A DNA stretch of 64,000 nucleotides from Candidatus Aldehydirespiratoraceae bacterium (GCA_965214565.1 OZ243951.1:1017-65016); one strand, 5' to 3'. Positions 25,900 to 35,420 are shown, counted from the first letter of the stretch. Made by a program: numbers and translations. The notes: generated by a model not told the origin, from the letters alone.

Positions 25900-26838
25900 C
25901 TAGCTCCCTGTCCGTTTCGCCTGGCCGGCCAAACCTGCCAGGTCGGCTCGGCCGGTCGCACCGCTCAGGTCAGCCCGCCGGTTCGCCGGCAAGGCGTTCA
26001 GGTCGGCCCGCCGGTTCTCCAGCAAGGCGCTCATCATGTCCGCCACCCGACGGCTGGCGGCCACATCATGGGCGCGCAGCACGCGGCAACCGAGCGCGAT
26101 CCCAAGGGCGTGGGCACCCAGGGTCGCATGCGTCCGGTCATCGACGGTGGTGCCGGTCAACTCGCCGAGAAAACCCTTGTTCGACGCCGACAGGAACACC
26201 GTGAAACCCAACCGGACCAGATCGTCGCTGTGGCGCATCAACTCGGCCGACATGGCTGGAGTCTTCCCCAAGTCGAGCCCCGCGTCGACCATGATCCGGC
26301 AGCGGTCGATACCGGCCGCGAGCGCGGCCTCGGCGCGTGTCCGCAGAAACTCGACCACCTCGGTCCGCACATTGCGGTAGCGGGGCGCAGGGTCAGGAAT
26401 CCGAGGGCCGATCCGCACATGGGTGGCGACAACCGAGGCACCGTGGCGCGCGGCGACGCTGAGGTAGTCTGGGTCGGCGAATCCGCTGATGTCGTTCCCG
26501 ACTACCGCTCCCGCCTTGAGCGACTCCTCCAACACCGATGCACGGAACGTGTCGACCGAGACCGGCAGGTCGAAGCGCTCCCGCAGAGCCTCAACGGCCG
26601 GAACGACACGCTCGATCTCCTCGCTTCGTGTAACTTCAGGCCCGGGACCGGCCTTGACCCCGCCAACGTCGAGGAAGTCCGCTCCCTGGTCGACCAGCAG
26701 CTCCGCCTGGTGCAGGAAACCGTCGAAGTCCCAATACCTGCCCCCGTCATAAAAGGAGTCCGGAGTTCGATTGAGAATGCCCATCACGAGTGCCCGAGTG
26801 GTCACATCGAAACGAGAGTCGCCCAACTCAACGAACAT
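25900..26838 (-). CDS. folP: dihydropteroate synthase with a short C-terminal repeat tail
   Basis: VMGILNRTPDSFYDGG, ADFLDVGGVKAGPG, VSVDT and GNDISG motifs of the pterin-binding DHPS fold. The tail contains RRADL three times. Confidence 0.88.
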   Translation of the reverse strand: MFVELGDSRFDVTTRALVMGILNRTPDSFYDGGRYWDFDGFLHQAELLVDQGADFLDVGGVKAGPGPEVTRSEEIERVVPAVEALRERFDLPVSVDTFRASVLEESLKAGAVVGNDISGFADPDYLSVAARHGASVVATHVRIGPRIPDPAPRYRNVRTEVVEFLRTRAEAALAAGIDRCRIMVDAGLDLGKTPAMSAELMRHSDDLVRLGFTVFLSASNKGFLGELTGTTVDDRTHATLGAHALGIALGCRVLRAHDVAASRRVADMMSALLENRRADLNALPANRRADLSGATGRADLAGLAGQAKRTGS

Positions 26839-26889
26839 CGACCGGACCCTACACGCGCACTACGACACAAGCACCGCCCCCGATACCGC

Positions 26890-28656
26890 TCAGGGCAGGC
26901 GCTCAGGCAGTCCATGCTTCACGCTCAGCTCCAACCGGGGAGCAACCCGCTCGAACCGCAGCAACATGTCGTCGAACTCGACGGTCTGGCCCGCCTGCAC
27001 AGTCCGCCCTCCAGGCACGCGGTGCATCGGCGGAGCAGCCACCGCCAAGGCACCGAACCGCTCGCTGAGCGCCAGCACAGCCTCCGCGTCGGAACGGTCA
27101 CCGTCGAGGGCAACCACCAGATCGGGCCTGCCGCCGCCACTGCGCCTCAGCGACTCGATCAGCCCCCGTGTCGGCGGATTGTCGAGCACCAACACCAGGT
27201 CACCACCCTCAGACACGAACGCCCGCGACTCCCCGACCAAGAGGTGCTCCCCCGGACCCAGACTCGGGGCCGCCATCAATGCGGCCACAGCGACCAACGA
27301 TGCCAACACCCCGGCCACAACCCCAGCAGACCGGATCCTCGACACCGCCAGCAACGCTGCGGACCCGAGCATCAGGATCGACACGACCCCGAGTGTCGCC
27401 TGAGGACCGAGCGCAGCGCCCGAGGCCACACCCCCGATCCACCAGAGCAACACCCTGCTCGGAAGATGCACCAACTCCGCTACGACACCACCGAAGAGAC
27501 CCGCGAACATTCCACCGGTGCAGCCCCAGACCATCACCGCCCCCGACACCGGACCCGCCAACAGATTCGCCGGGAGCGACGCCAGCGGCAACGGCCCGAA
27601 CAACCCCAACAGCACCGGCGACACCGCCAGCTGGGCAGCCGCGGTGGTCGCCATCGGCACCCTCAACCAGGAAGGACCCGCAAACCGTTCTGCCAGCGGG
27701 CCCGACCACCAGACGATGCCCGCAGTGGCAGCAACCGAGAGTTGGAACGCCACAAGACGCACCAGGAACGGATCAATCAGCAACAGTGACGCCACCGCCC
27801 AAGACAGGGCCCGTCTCCCGTCGATCGGAGTCCCCATGACCGACGCGCCGATCCCCGTCCCGGCCATCGCGACCGCACGCATCACCGAGGGCTCAAATCT
27901 GGTGATCACCGCGAACAGCAGAAGGGTCGCGAAGAGCCACAGCGCCCGGAATGCCGGACGGAAACGCCCGGCGAACGGGGCGACCACCGCCAGCACGAAT
28001 GCCACGTTCTGCCCAGAGACAACCAGCAGGTGACCCAGCCCTGCAGCTCGGAAGTCGTCTGCGACCACTGCTGTCTGGCCCCGGTCGTCACCGATCACCA
28101 TCCCCAGAAAGACTGCCTTGTCGCTGCGGCTCATCGATTCCGCCCCGTGCACCAGGGTTCGGCGCACCATGTTGGCGAATCTGAAGACCGGCGATCCCGT
28201 TTCGCGGCCATCGACTGAATCAACCGTAAGCCTGCCCACCACATGACGCCAACGGTCGAAGTCGTCTCCGGCGCCCACCGGAGCGATCCGTCCGCTCAGC
28301 AACAGCCTCTCCCCCGCCAAGGCGTCGTCGAAACGAGCCGCTGCTGCGCCATGGGCCACCGCGCTGACGCGTCTGTCGTCATGACGGACCGTGGCGATCA
28401 CACCGACCGCACCCAGCGGCCGCGGATCGTCAAGCAGAGTCACCCAACCAGAGAACGACCCCGCCTGCGGAGGATCGAGAGCGTCGAACTCTCCCGCCCC
28501 ACGGGTGCCGACAACAACGAAGACCGCCAGCACGATCAACGCTGTACGCCTCTGCCAGCCCGCCAACAAGACCAGGCCGACCAGCACCGGCACCGAGACC
28601 GCCCACATCGACCAAGCCCCCAGCGCCGCTGCCAGAGCCACAAGGTGCGCGGTCAC
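26890..28656 (-). CDS. comEC: ComEC/Rec2 family DNA internalisation channel protein
   Basis: N-terminal OB/DUF4131-like region and a polytopic competence domain with AAGLGHLLVVSGQNVAFV. The short C-terminal region lacks an HxHxDH motif. Confidence 0.85.
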   Translation of the reverse strand: MTAHLVALAAALGAWSMWAVSVPVLVGLVLLAGWQRRTALIVLAVFVVVGTRGAGEFDALDPPQAGSFSGWVTLLDDPRPLGAVGVIATVRHDDRRVSAVAHGAAAARFDDALAGERLLLSGRIAPVGAGDDFDRWRHVVGRLTVDSVDGRETGSPVFRFANMVRRTLVHGAESMSRSDKAVFLGMVIGDDRGQTAVVADDFRAAGLGHLLVVSGQNVAFVLAVVAPFAGRFRPAFRALWLFATLLLFAVITRFEPSVMRAVAMAGTGIGASVMGTPIDGRRALSWAVASLLLIDPFLVRLVAFQLSVAATAGIVWWSGPLAERFAGPSWLRVPMATTAAAQLAVSPVLLGLFGPLPLASLPANLLAGPVSGAVMVWGCTGGMFAGLFGGVVAELVHLPSRVLLWWIGGVASGAALGPQATLGVVSILMLGSAALLAVSRIRSAGVVAGVLASLVAVAALMAAPSLGPGEHLLVGESRAFVSEGGDLVLVLDNPPTRGLIESLRRSGGGRPDLVVALDGDRSDAEAVLALSERFGALAVAAPPMHRVPGGRTVQAGQTVEFDDMLLRFERVAPRLELSVKHGLPERLP

Positions 28657-29453
28657 AGAGACACCAACGAAGCCAACTGCTCCAGCTTGGCCGTACCGAT
28701 CCCCGGGACTTCGAGCAGGCCCTCCACGCGGCTGAACGCCCCGTGCTGCTCACGGTGGCGGATGATCGCAGCAGCGATACTCGGCCCGACACCCGGCAGA
28801 GTCTCCAGGGCCGCGAGGTCAGCGGTGTTGAGGTTTACCTGAACTCCGCTGGAACCGCCCCCGATCCCGCCGCCCGGGTCGCTCGGACCGACCACCGAAG
28901 GCACCGGCTCGCCGACCACAGGCACCCAGACCCGTTGACCGTCAGTGAGTGGAGCGGCCAGGTTCAGCCGCGAACGGTCGGCGTCCACGGTGAGCCCGTT
29001 GGCCGCGTCGATGGCGTCGTGGACCCGTGATCCCTCGGCGAGGTCGTGCACACCGGGAAAAACGACTGCACCCCCTACATGCACAACGATCCGTGCGCCC
29101 GGACCAGTATCGGACTCGACTGCCGCCGGAGCACCCGGTACGGTCGCGACTCGCGGCAGCACCTCCTCCACCGGAGCCACGTCCGGCGACGCTAACGCCC
29201 ACCAGCCCCCCGCCGCGGCAGCGACGATCGCTGCCCCGCCCGCGAGGAGCCCCCAGACCGTCACCCCGAGTCGGTCCGCAACCGAATCGGCCCACCGTTG
29301 AATCGCCTCGGCCCTGCCCGCCACACGCCGTCCTTTGTGAGGTCTTCTGCGGGGGAAGCGCCACGCCGAGGCGTTACCGCACCCTACCCACTCCCACGCC
29401 GACAATGACAGCGCGCAGACCGGTTCGACCGGACCCGCCTCGGCAAGGCCCAT
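28653..29453 (-). CDS. comEA: ComEA family DNA-binding protein (TM + SLBB + helix-hairpin-helix)
   Basis: C-terminal VNLNTADLAALETLPGVGPSIAAAIIRHREQHGAF...PGIGTAKLEQL (HhH x2), an SLBB-like segment VVHVGGAVVFPGV, and one TM helix. The true start may lie downstream of 29453. Confidence 0.82.
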   Translation of the reverse strand: MGLAEAGPVEPVCALSLSAWEWVGCGNASAWRFPRRRPHKGRRVAGRAEAIQRWADSVADRLGVTVWGLLAGGAAIVAAAAGGWWALASPDVAPVEEVLPRVATVPGAPAAVESDTGPGARIVVHVGGAVVFPGVHDLAEGSRVHDAIDAANGLTVDADRSRLNLAAPLTDGQRVWVPVVGEPVPSVVGPSDPGGGIGGGSSGVQVNLNTADLAALETLPGVGPSIAAAIIRHREQHGAFSRVEGLLEVPGIGTAKLEQLASLVSL

Positions 29454-29472
29454 TCGCTCTCGGTCATGTAGT

Positions 29473-29488
29473 GTTGACCCGGGACAAC
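29473..29488. promoter_or_regulatory. near-palindrome upstream of the ABC ATPase gene
   Basis: GTTGACCCGGGACAAC, with 14 of 16 positions self-complementary, lies 16 nt upstream of the ATG at 29504. It shares the GTTGAC half-site with the melA/lacI operator. Confidence 0.3.
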
Positions 29489-29503
29489 CGAACAGAGGAC
29501 TTC

Positions 29504-30583
29504 ATGGCCACAGTCACATTCGATCAAGCCACAAGGGTGTACCGCGACGGAGACCGCCCCGCAGTCGAGCGTCTCGACCTCGAGATCGAAGACGGGGAGT
29601 TCCTCGTGCTCGTCGGCCCGTCGGGGTGCGGAAAGTCGACGACCCTGCGAATGCTCGCCGGTCTCGAACCGGTCGACTACGGAGAGATCTACATAGGCGA
29701 CCGGGACGTCACAGAAGTTCCGCCCAAGGACCGCGATATCGCCATGGTCTTTCAGAACTATGCCCTTTATCCGCACATGACCACCGCAGAGAACATCGGG
29801 TTCCACCTTAAGATCGCCAAGGTCGACCGGGCAGAACGCGCCAAACGGGTCGCAGAAGCCGCGCAGATGCTCGACCTGACCGAATACCTCGACCGTAAAC
29901 CGGCGAAGCTCTCAGGCGGACAACGTCAGCGTGTCGCCATGGGTCGAGCCATCGTCCGACAGCCCCAAGCGTTCCTGATGGACGAGCCCCTCTCCAACCT
30001 CGATGCCAAACTGCGGGTCCAGACCCGCACCCAGATCGCCGCGCTGCAGAGGCGCCTCTCGGTCACCACCGTGTACGTCACCCACGATCAGGTCGAGGCG
30101 ATGACCATGGCGGACCGCGTGGCGGTGCTCAAGGACGGCATTCTGATGCAGTGCGCGACCCCGCGTGAGTTGTTCACCCGCCCGTCAAACCTGTTCGTCG
30201 CCGGTTTCATCGGCTCACCGGCGATGAACCTGCTCGAGGGCACCGTCAGCGACAACGTGGCGCGCACCGGTTCATTGGAGATTCCGCTGACCCCCGAGCA
30301 GTCAAGCGGGATCACCTCGTCGACAGTGACGATCGGAGTGAGGCCGGAGAACTGGACCACCGCGAGCGACGGGGGGCTCGACGCGACCGTAAACCTCGTG
30401 GAAGAACTCGGCTCGGAGTCGTACCTGTACTGCACGACCGACGGCGCAGACCAGCGCGAGGTCGTGGTGCGCACTGAAGGCTTGAGCTCCTCGCAGCGGG
30501 GCGACCAGGTGAGTCTGGTTCCCCAGCCCAAAACGGTCCACCTCTTCGACACCGAGACTGGTGCTCGCCTGGCCGACACCTGA
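29504..30583 (+). CDS. sugar ABC transporter ATP-binding protein (MsiK/UgpC/MalK type)
   Basis: Walker A GPSGCGKST, LSGGQRQRVA signature, Walker B FLMDEPLSNLD, and a C-terminal MalK-type regulatory domain. Start at ATG 29504 (MATVTFDQ...) preceded by AGAGGA; the track ORF begins far upstream at 29027. Confidence 0.9.
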   Translation: MATVTFDQATRVYRDGDRPAVERLDLEIEDGEFLVLVGPSGCGKSTTLRMLAGLEPVDYGEIYIGDRDVTEVPPKDRDIAMVFQNYALYPHMTTAENIGFHLKIAKVDRAERAKRVAEAAQMLDLTEYLDRKPAKLSGGQRQRVAMGRAIVRQPQAFLMDEPLSNLDAKLRVQTRTQIAALQRRLSVTTVYVTHDQVEAMTMADRVAVLKDGILMQCATPRELFTRPSNLFVAGFIGSPAMNLLEGTVSDNVARTGSLEIPLTPEQSSGITSSTVTIGVRPENWTTASDGGLDATVNLVEELGSESYLYCTTDGADQREVVVRTEGLSSSQRGDQVSLVPQPKTVHLFDTETGARLADT

Positions 30584-30595
30584 GTTCGGCCAGGT

Positions 30596-31564
30596 TCAGC
30601 CCTTGCTGGCTCCGAGGGTCAGGCCTGAGATGAACTGCTTCTGCAGGACCAGATAGACGATCAGCGTCGGCAGCGCGATAAGGATCGACGCAGCGGCCAC
30701 CAGGTTGAAGTCGCTCCCGTATTGGCCGTTCAGCACCGCGATCGACGAGGTGATCGGACGTTCGTCACCCTGATTGAGCAGGACCGACCCCCAGAAGAAG
30801 TCGTTGTAGAGCCAGGTGAACTCCAGGGTGCCGAGCGCGGCCAGCGCGGGACGGGTCAGCGGGAGGATCACCTGGAAGAATCCCCGCCAGACACCGGCAC
30901 CGTCGACCGCCGCAGCCTCACTGATCTCCTTGGGGATCGTCTTCATAAAATTCGACAACACGAACGTGCAGAAACCGATCTGGAACGCCACATGGACCAG
31001 GATCACCGCGATCTTGGTGCCCAGGAGGTTGCCCGTGTCGGTGTCGGACAGGAAGTCCGGCCAGGGCATGTACTTGAAGAACTGGAACAGCGGCTGGAAC
31101 AGCACCTGCTGAGGCATCAGATTGCCGGCCGTGAAGAGCACCAGGAAGACGATGTTGAACTTCCAGCTGTAACGGGTACACACGTAGGCGACGACGGCCG
31201 CCAGAAGCAGGGTCAGGAACAGTGCGGGGATGACGATGAACGCGGTGTTGCCGAAGGTCTTAGCCATCTCCCCGACGTTCCAGGCAGCACGGTAGTTGTC
31301 GAGCGTGAGCGCCTCGGGTGCCGCGAAAGGGCCGTTGGGTTGAGTGTCGGTCTGGTAGTCCCGGAACGAGTTGTAGATCGCGGTGCCGATCGGCACGAGC
31401 CAACCGACGGCCATCACCACTAGGAAACCGTGAAGCAGCAGACGCATCGGCTTGACCTTCGAACCCCGCCGCTGCGCACGACGGAGACGGACCTCGTCGA
31501 GTAGCTCGGGGTCGAGACTCGTCGTTGTTGAACCCGAAGGGCCGTCGAGGGTCACGGCGCTCAT
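30596..31564 (-). CDS. carbohydrate ABC transporter permease (MalG-like)
   Basis: Six-TM pattern and an EAA-type loop (EAAAVDGAGVWRGFFQVILPLTRPAL). ATGA overlap with the upstream permease stop at 31561-31564. Confidence 0.85.
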   Translation of the reverse strand: MSAVTLDGPSGSTTTSLDPELLDEVRLRRAQRRGSKVKPMRLLLHGFLVVMAVGWLVPIGTAIYNSFRDYQTDTQPNGPFAAPEALTLDNYRAAWNVGEMAKTFGNTAFIVIPALFLTLLLAAVVAYVCTRYSWKFNIVFLVLFTAGNLMPQQVLFQPLFQFFKYMPWPDFLSDTDTGNLLGTKIAVILVHVAFQIGFCTFVLSNFMKTIPKEISEAAAVDGAGVWRGFFQVILPLTRPALAALGTLEFTWLYNDFFWGSVLLNQGDERPITSSIAVLNGQYGSDFNLVAAASILIALPTLIVYLVLQKQFISGLTLGASKG

Positions 31565-32547
31565 AAGTCCGACTCTCGATAGTGATTCGTCACATACCAG
31601 ATGATGAATCCGAGGCACAGCAGCAGCAGCACGACGCCGTAGGCGGACCCGAACCCGACACGACCGCCGCCCTCGCCCAGCAGGCTCTTGGTCACCAGCG
31701 TGCCCATGACATCGGTGCCACGCGGCTCGTTGAGTGCGGCGATGATGTCATACGCCCGGAGCGCCTCGATCACGGTGATCACAACGACGATGACGTTGAT
31801 CGGCCGAAGGGACGGGAAGACCACCCGCCGGAATGACTGCCACTCGTTGCAACCGTCGATCTGGGCTGCCTCTCGCAGGGAGGGATCCACCGCCTTCAGC
31901 CCTGCCAGGTACATGACCATGATGTAACCGATGTGTCGCCAAGCCATCGCCACAAGCAGAGCCGCGAAATTCTTGGAGAGCCCCAGCGCCGGATCCAGGA
32001 ACGGTACGTCGAACGAGAACAACTTGCTGCCGTCACCCACGAAGTCGACCGGGCCTCCCGGCCAGATCTCGTTGAGCAGGCCGCGGTCGCGCGAGAACAT
32101 AGTCGACTTCCAGATGAACCCGACGACAGCGAGAGACAGGACCACCGGGAAGTAGTAGATGCTCTGGTAGATGGCGCTGCCGCGGATGTTCTTGTCGAGC
32201 AGGTAGGCGAACAGCATCCCGACCGCGGAGCAGACGGTCAGCCAGATGATCAGCAGGAAGTTGTTGAACAGCGCCCCGAAGAGGTCACTTTCGAAGATCG
32301 TGAAGATGATCCAGTAGTTCCTGAAACCAGTCGCGCTGATGTCGCTCAATGGCGCGAGGTTGTCCCATTCGCTGAACGACAGGGCGACGGTCAGCCCCGC
32401 GGGAACCCAGACCAGCGATATGTGCAGGAAAGCCGGTATCCCCACCATAAACCACAGCCACATCCGGTCTCTGCCGGTAAGCGTTGATGAGCGACGGCGG
32501 CGCGCCTTGCGGCCGGGCCTGGAGGTGGACGCCGCCGTCGCTTTCAT
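31561..32547 (-). CDS. carbohydrate ABC transporter permease (MalF-like)
   Basis: EAA loop REAAQIDGCNEWQSFRRVVFPSLRP and a polytopic profile. 328 aa. Confidence 0.85.
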   Translation of the reverse strand: MKATAASTSRPGRKARRRRSSTLTGRDRMWLWFMVGIPAFLHISLVWVPAGLTVALSFSEWDNLAPLSDISATGFRNYWIIFTIFESDLFGALFNNFLLIIWLTVCSAVGMLFAYLLDKNIRGSAIYQSIYYFPVVLSLAVVGFIWKSTMFSRDRGLLNEIWPGGPVDFVGDGSKLFSFDVPFLDPALGLSKNFAALLVAMAWRHIGYIMVMYLAGLKAVDPSLREAAQIDGCNEWQSFRRVVFPSLRPINVIVVVITVIEALRAYDIIAALNEPRGTDVMGTLVTKSLLGEGGGRVGFGSAYGVVLLLLCLGFIIWYVTNHYRESDL

Positions 32548-32566
32548 GGAGGGGACTCTAGTCGCT

Positions 32567-32599
32567 CGTTCGGATCACTCGAGCGTTCGGATCACTCGA
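32567..32599. repeat. 17-bp-period tandem duplication spanning the stop codon of the binding-protein gene
   Basis: cgttcggatcactcga occurs at 32567-32582 and again at 32584-32599. The second copy contains the last codons and the stop (tca at 32592-32594). Confidence 0.8.
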
Positions 32600-33932
32600 A
32601 GTTGTAGGTCTGCTTCTTGGCTTCGACGTCGGCCAGGATCGTATCGATGCTGCCCGGTGAACCCAGGAAGTCGGCAATACCGACGCCGGCCACGTTGGCT
32701 GCGAAGTCAGGGTCGGTGTCGCGGTCGAGGAACTGCGCGATGTACTTCGCGGAGCTCACAGCCTCAGCCGAGCGTTGCTGCAGGGCGTTGTAGCCGCTGG
32801 TGTCTGCGTTGCTGTTGGCGGCAACGACCGAGGGATCGACCGCGATGTAGGCGTCGATGGCAGGGGCCGACCCCATACCGCCGAGCAGTGCCTTGGCAGC
32901 AGTCTCGTTGTCGGGGCTCGCAGCCATCATGAAGCCGTCGATCGGCGCCTCGATAGCGTCCTGGCCGTGCTCCGGGTTGACCTCGGGGAACAGGAAGAAA
33001 TCGATGTCGTCGAGGACTTCCTGCTCGGTGTACTGCGACGTCAGGAAGGTGCCGATCAGGTACATTCCCGTCTCCTTTTCACGCAGGGCGCCGGCGCCGT
33101 CCTCCCAGGTGCGCCCGTTCGCATCAGGCTGGTAGTAGGGAAGGATCTCCGACCAGGCCGAGAAGATGTTCTTGACCTCGGGGCTCTCCCAGCTCTCGTT
33201 GCCGCCCATCAGGCTGACGTGGTAGTCGTAGCCGTTGACGCGCAGGTTGAGCATGTCGAACATGCCCATCTGGGGCCAACGGCCGTCGTTGGCCGCGCTC
33301 AGGGGGGTGATGCCGTCGGACTGCATGGCGTCGCAGAGCGCCTTGAACTCGTCCCAGGTTGTGGGGATCGAGTAGCCGTTGTCGGCGAACAGGCTCTTGC
33401 GGTAGTGGACCGCCCACGGGTAGAAGTAGAACGGCACGAAGTACTGCTTGCCGTCAAGGCCTGATGAAGCGCTGCGGAAGCCGTCGGACATGCCGTTGAG
33501 GCCGCTCCACACGTCGGAGACGTCGCCGAGCACTCCCTTGCCGGCGAAGGCGCGCATGCGGTAGCCGGCGAACCAGGAGACGACGTCGTCCGGCTGCTGG
33601 ATGTAGGTGTTGAAGTTCTCCTGGTAGGTGTTGTGGTCGATGGTGTTGATCATCGTCTCCACGCCAGTGGCGGCAACCGCCGCGGCCAGGGCCTCGCGGT
33701 TCTTCTCACCGGAGTAGTTCGAGCCGAGCGAAGTGCTGCCGGGGCCTGTGTCGGCCGCCGTGGTTGTCGGCGCGGCGGTGGTCGGGGTGGGCTCCGGTGC
33801 CGCGTCGTCGTCATCGCCGCACGCTGCGAGCAGCGCCGCGCCGCCGAGGGCTGCGGTACCTCCGATCATGAAGTCTCGACGGTTCAGCCCAGCACCGCGG
33901 CGCTTCGGTGAACTCTCAGTTGGATTGGTCAT
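32592..33932 (-). CDS. ABC transporter extracellular sugar-binding lipoprotein
   Basis: Twin-arginine-like RRDFMIGG followed by the lipobox LLAAC, then a family-1 solute-binding pattern. 446 aa. Confidence 0.85.
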   Translation of the reverse strand: MTNPTESSPKRRGAGLNRRDFMIGGTAALGGAALLAACGDDDDAAPEPTPTTAAPTTTAADTGPGSTSLGSNYSGEKNREALAAAVAATGVETMINTIDHNTYQENFNTYIQQPDDVVSWFAGYRMRAFAGKGVLGDVSDVWSGLNGMSDGFRSASSGLDGKQYFVPFYFYPWAVHYRKSLFADNGYSIPTTWDEFKALCDAMQSDGITPLSAANDGRWPQMGMFDMLNLRVNGYDYHVSLMGGNESWESPEVKNIFSAWSEILPYYQPDANGRTWEDGAGALREKETGMYLIGTFLTSQYTEQEVLDDIDFFLFPEVNPEHGQDAIEAPIDGFMMAASPDNETAAKALLGGMGSAPAIDAYIAVDPSVVAANSNADTSGYNALQQRSAEAVSSAKYIAQFLDRDTDPDFAANVAGVGIADFLGSPGSIDTILADVEAKKQTYNFE

Positions 33933-33999
33933 TTCCCCTCCTAGGGTTTCTGGTGTTTCCAGGTTTATTGTTGGGTTCTTGGGGAGGTCCTGGCATAGG

Positions 34000-35373
34000 T
34001 CAGGCTGACTCTCCGTGCGTGCGCAGGGACTCGGGGATGAAATCGCCGTGTCCTTCGATCAGTGCGTCCACCAGCGACCAGATCTGTTCGAGATCCAGTT
34101 CCGCCGCGGTGTGCGGGTCGAGCATCGCCGCGTGGTAGATGTGGTCCCGTCGGCCCGTCTTAAGGGCTTCGACGGCAAGTTGCTGCGGCGCGATATTGGT
34201 GCCCATCAGAGCTGCCAGATGCGGAGGCAGTTCTCCAATCACCGCGGGGGTGACGGCCTTTCCGTCGACGGTAGCCGGAACCTCGACAATGCATCCGGTG
34301 GGAAGGTTGTCGATCAGTCCGTGGTTAGCGACGTTTACGTAGACCTCGCGTTCGGTGCCGGTCTCGAGACTGTGAATGATCTGGGGGGCGAACTCGTTGC
34401 TCCTCGGGAGATCCGTGAGTTCCACCCCGGCCTCGAGGCGGGTCCGCAGCTCGTCCCACTCGGCGATCTGGTTCTCGCAGCGGCGCACGTACTCGCGTAC
34501 TGGGACTTCATAGCGTTCGATCAGGTCCGGGCGGCCCTGCTTGAGGAAGTACGGCGTGTACTCGGCGAAGTGTTCGCTTGATTCGGTGACGAAGTAGCCC
34601 AACCGCCGCAGCATCTCGTAGCGGACTGCATCCGGGAGTTGCGAATCGCTCCGCCTGGGCGCGTCAGCCGGGTCGGTGTGGAGTTTCTTGAGTTCGGGGT
34701 AGAGGTCACGGCCCTGGTGCTCCAGCCGCAGGAAGAACGCCATGTGGTTGATTCCGGCAACGGTGTAGTCGAGTTCCTCTGTCGGCAGCCCCAAGTCGCC
34801 TGCCAGTTGCTCTGCGGTGATGGGGACGCTGTGGCAGAGCCCGTAGGCCTCGACTTCGCACAGTTCGGCCAGACCCCACATGTTGATCGCCATCGGGTTC
34901 GCGTAGTTGAGCAGCACTGCATCCGCGCACTGCTCGTTCATGGCTCGGCCGACTTCGACGAGGTGCGGCACAGTTCGCAGACCCCGCATGATGCCCCCGA
35001 TACCGATCGTGTCAGCAATGGTCTGTTGGAGTCCGTACTGCTCCGGCAGGTCGAAGTCCAGAACGGTGGCCGGTTCGAAGCCTCCGATCTGGAACATGGT
35101 GATCACATAGTCGGCACCGTCGAGGGTCTTCTGCAGGTCGGTGTCGGCGATGACCTGCGCCCCGGCACCGCAGCTGGCGACCAGTCTCTGTGCCACGACC
35201 TCTGAGGTGGAGAGGCGCTGCGAATCGATGTCGTGGAGCCGAAACTCGAGGCAGTCGCGAATGTCCTCGTAACCGAGCAGGTCATTGAGGAGGTTCCGAG
35301 CAAATACAGTGCTGCCCGCTCCGATGAATGCGACTCTGGCCAACTTCTCTCCCGTGGTCGGTCGGCTCACCAT
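34000..35373 (-). CDS. melA: GH4 alpha-galactosidase (MelA type, NAD+/Mn2+-dependent)
   Basis: FIGAGSTVFARNLL Rossmann N-terminus, GLCHSV, AGINHMAFF, VTESSEHFAEYTPYF and LIDNLPTGCIVEVPA. Closely parallels E. coli MelA as I recall it. Confidence 0.9.
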   Translation of the reverse strand: MVSRPTTGEKLARVAFIGAGSTVFARNLLNDLLGYEDIRDCLEFRLHDIDSQRLSTSEVVAQRLVASCGAGAQVIADTDLQKTLDGADYVITMFQIGGFEPATVLDFDLPEQYGLQQTIADTIGIGGIMRGLRTVPHLVEVGRAMNEQCADAVLLNYANPMAINMWGLAELCEVEAYGLCHSVPITAEQLAGDLGLPTEELDYTVAGINHMAFFLRLEHQGRDLYPELKKLHTDPADAPRRSDSQLPDAVRYEMLRRLGYFVTESSEHFAEYTPYFLKQGRPDLIERYEVPVREYVRRCENQIAEWDELRTRLEAGVELTDLPRSNEFAPQIIHSLETGTEREVYVNVANHGLIDNLPTGCIVEVPATVDGKAVTPAVIGELPPHLAALMGTNIAPQQLAVEALKTGRRDHIYHAAMLDPHTAAELDLEQIWSLVDALIEGHGDFIPESLRTHGESA

Positions 35374-35388
35374 AGAACAATTCTTGAC

Positions 35389-35420
35389 TTACGTCAACGT
35401 TGACGCCATCGTTGACGTAA
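35389..35420. promoter_or_regulatory. LacI-family operator(s) in the melA/lacI divergent region
   Basis: Perfect 14-bp palindrome CGTCAACGTTGACG (35392-35405), nested in an 11-bp inverted repeat TTACGTCAACG (35389-35399) / CGTTGACGTAA (35410-35420). The AACGTT core is typical of LacI/GalR operators. Confidence 0.6.

Noticed and set aside
26068-27789. 573-aa plus-strand ORF overlapping folP and comEC.
   Set aside because: It is an Arg/Pro/His/Gln-rich nonsense-like translation antisense to two genes that have clear family motifs.
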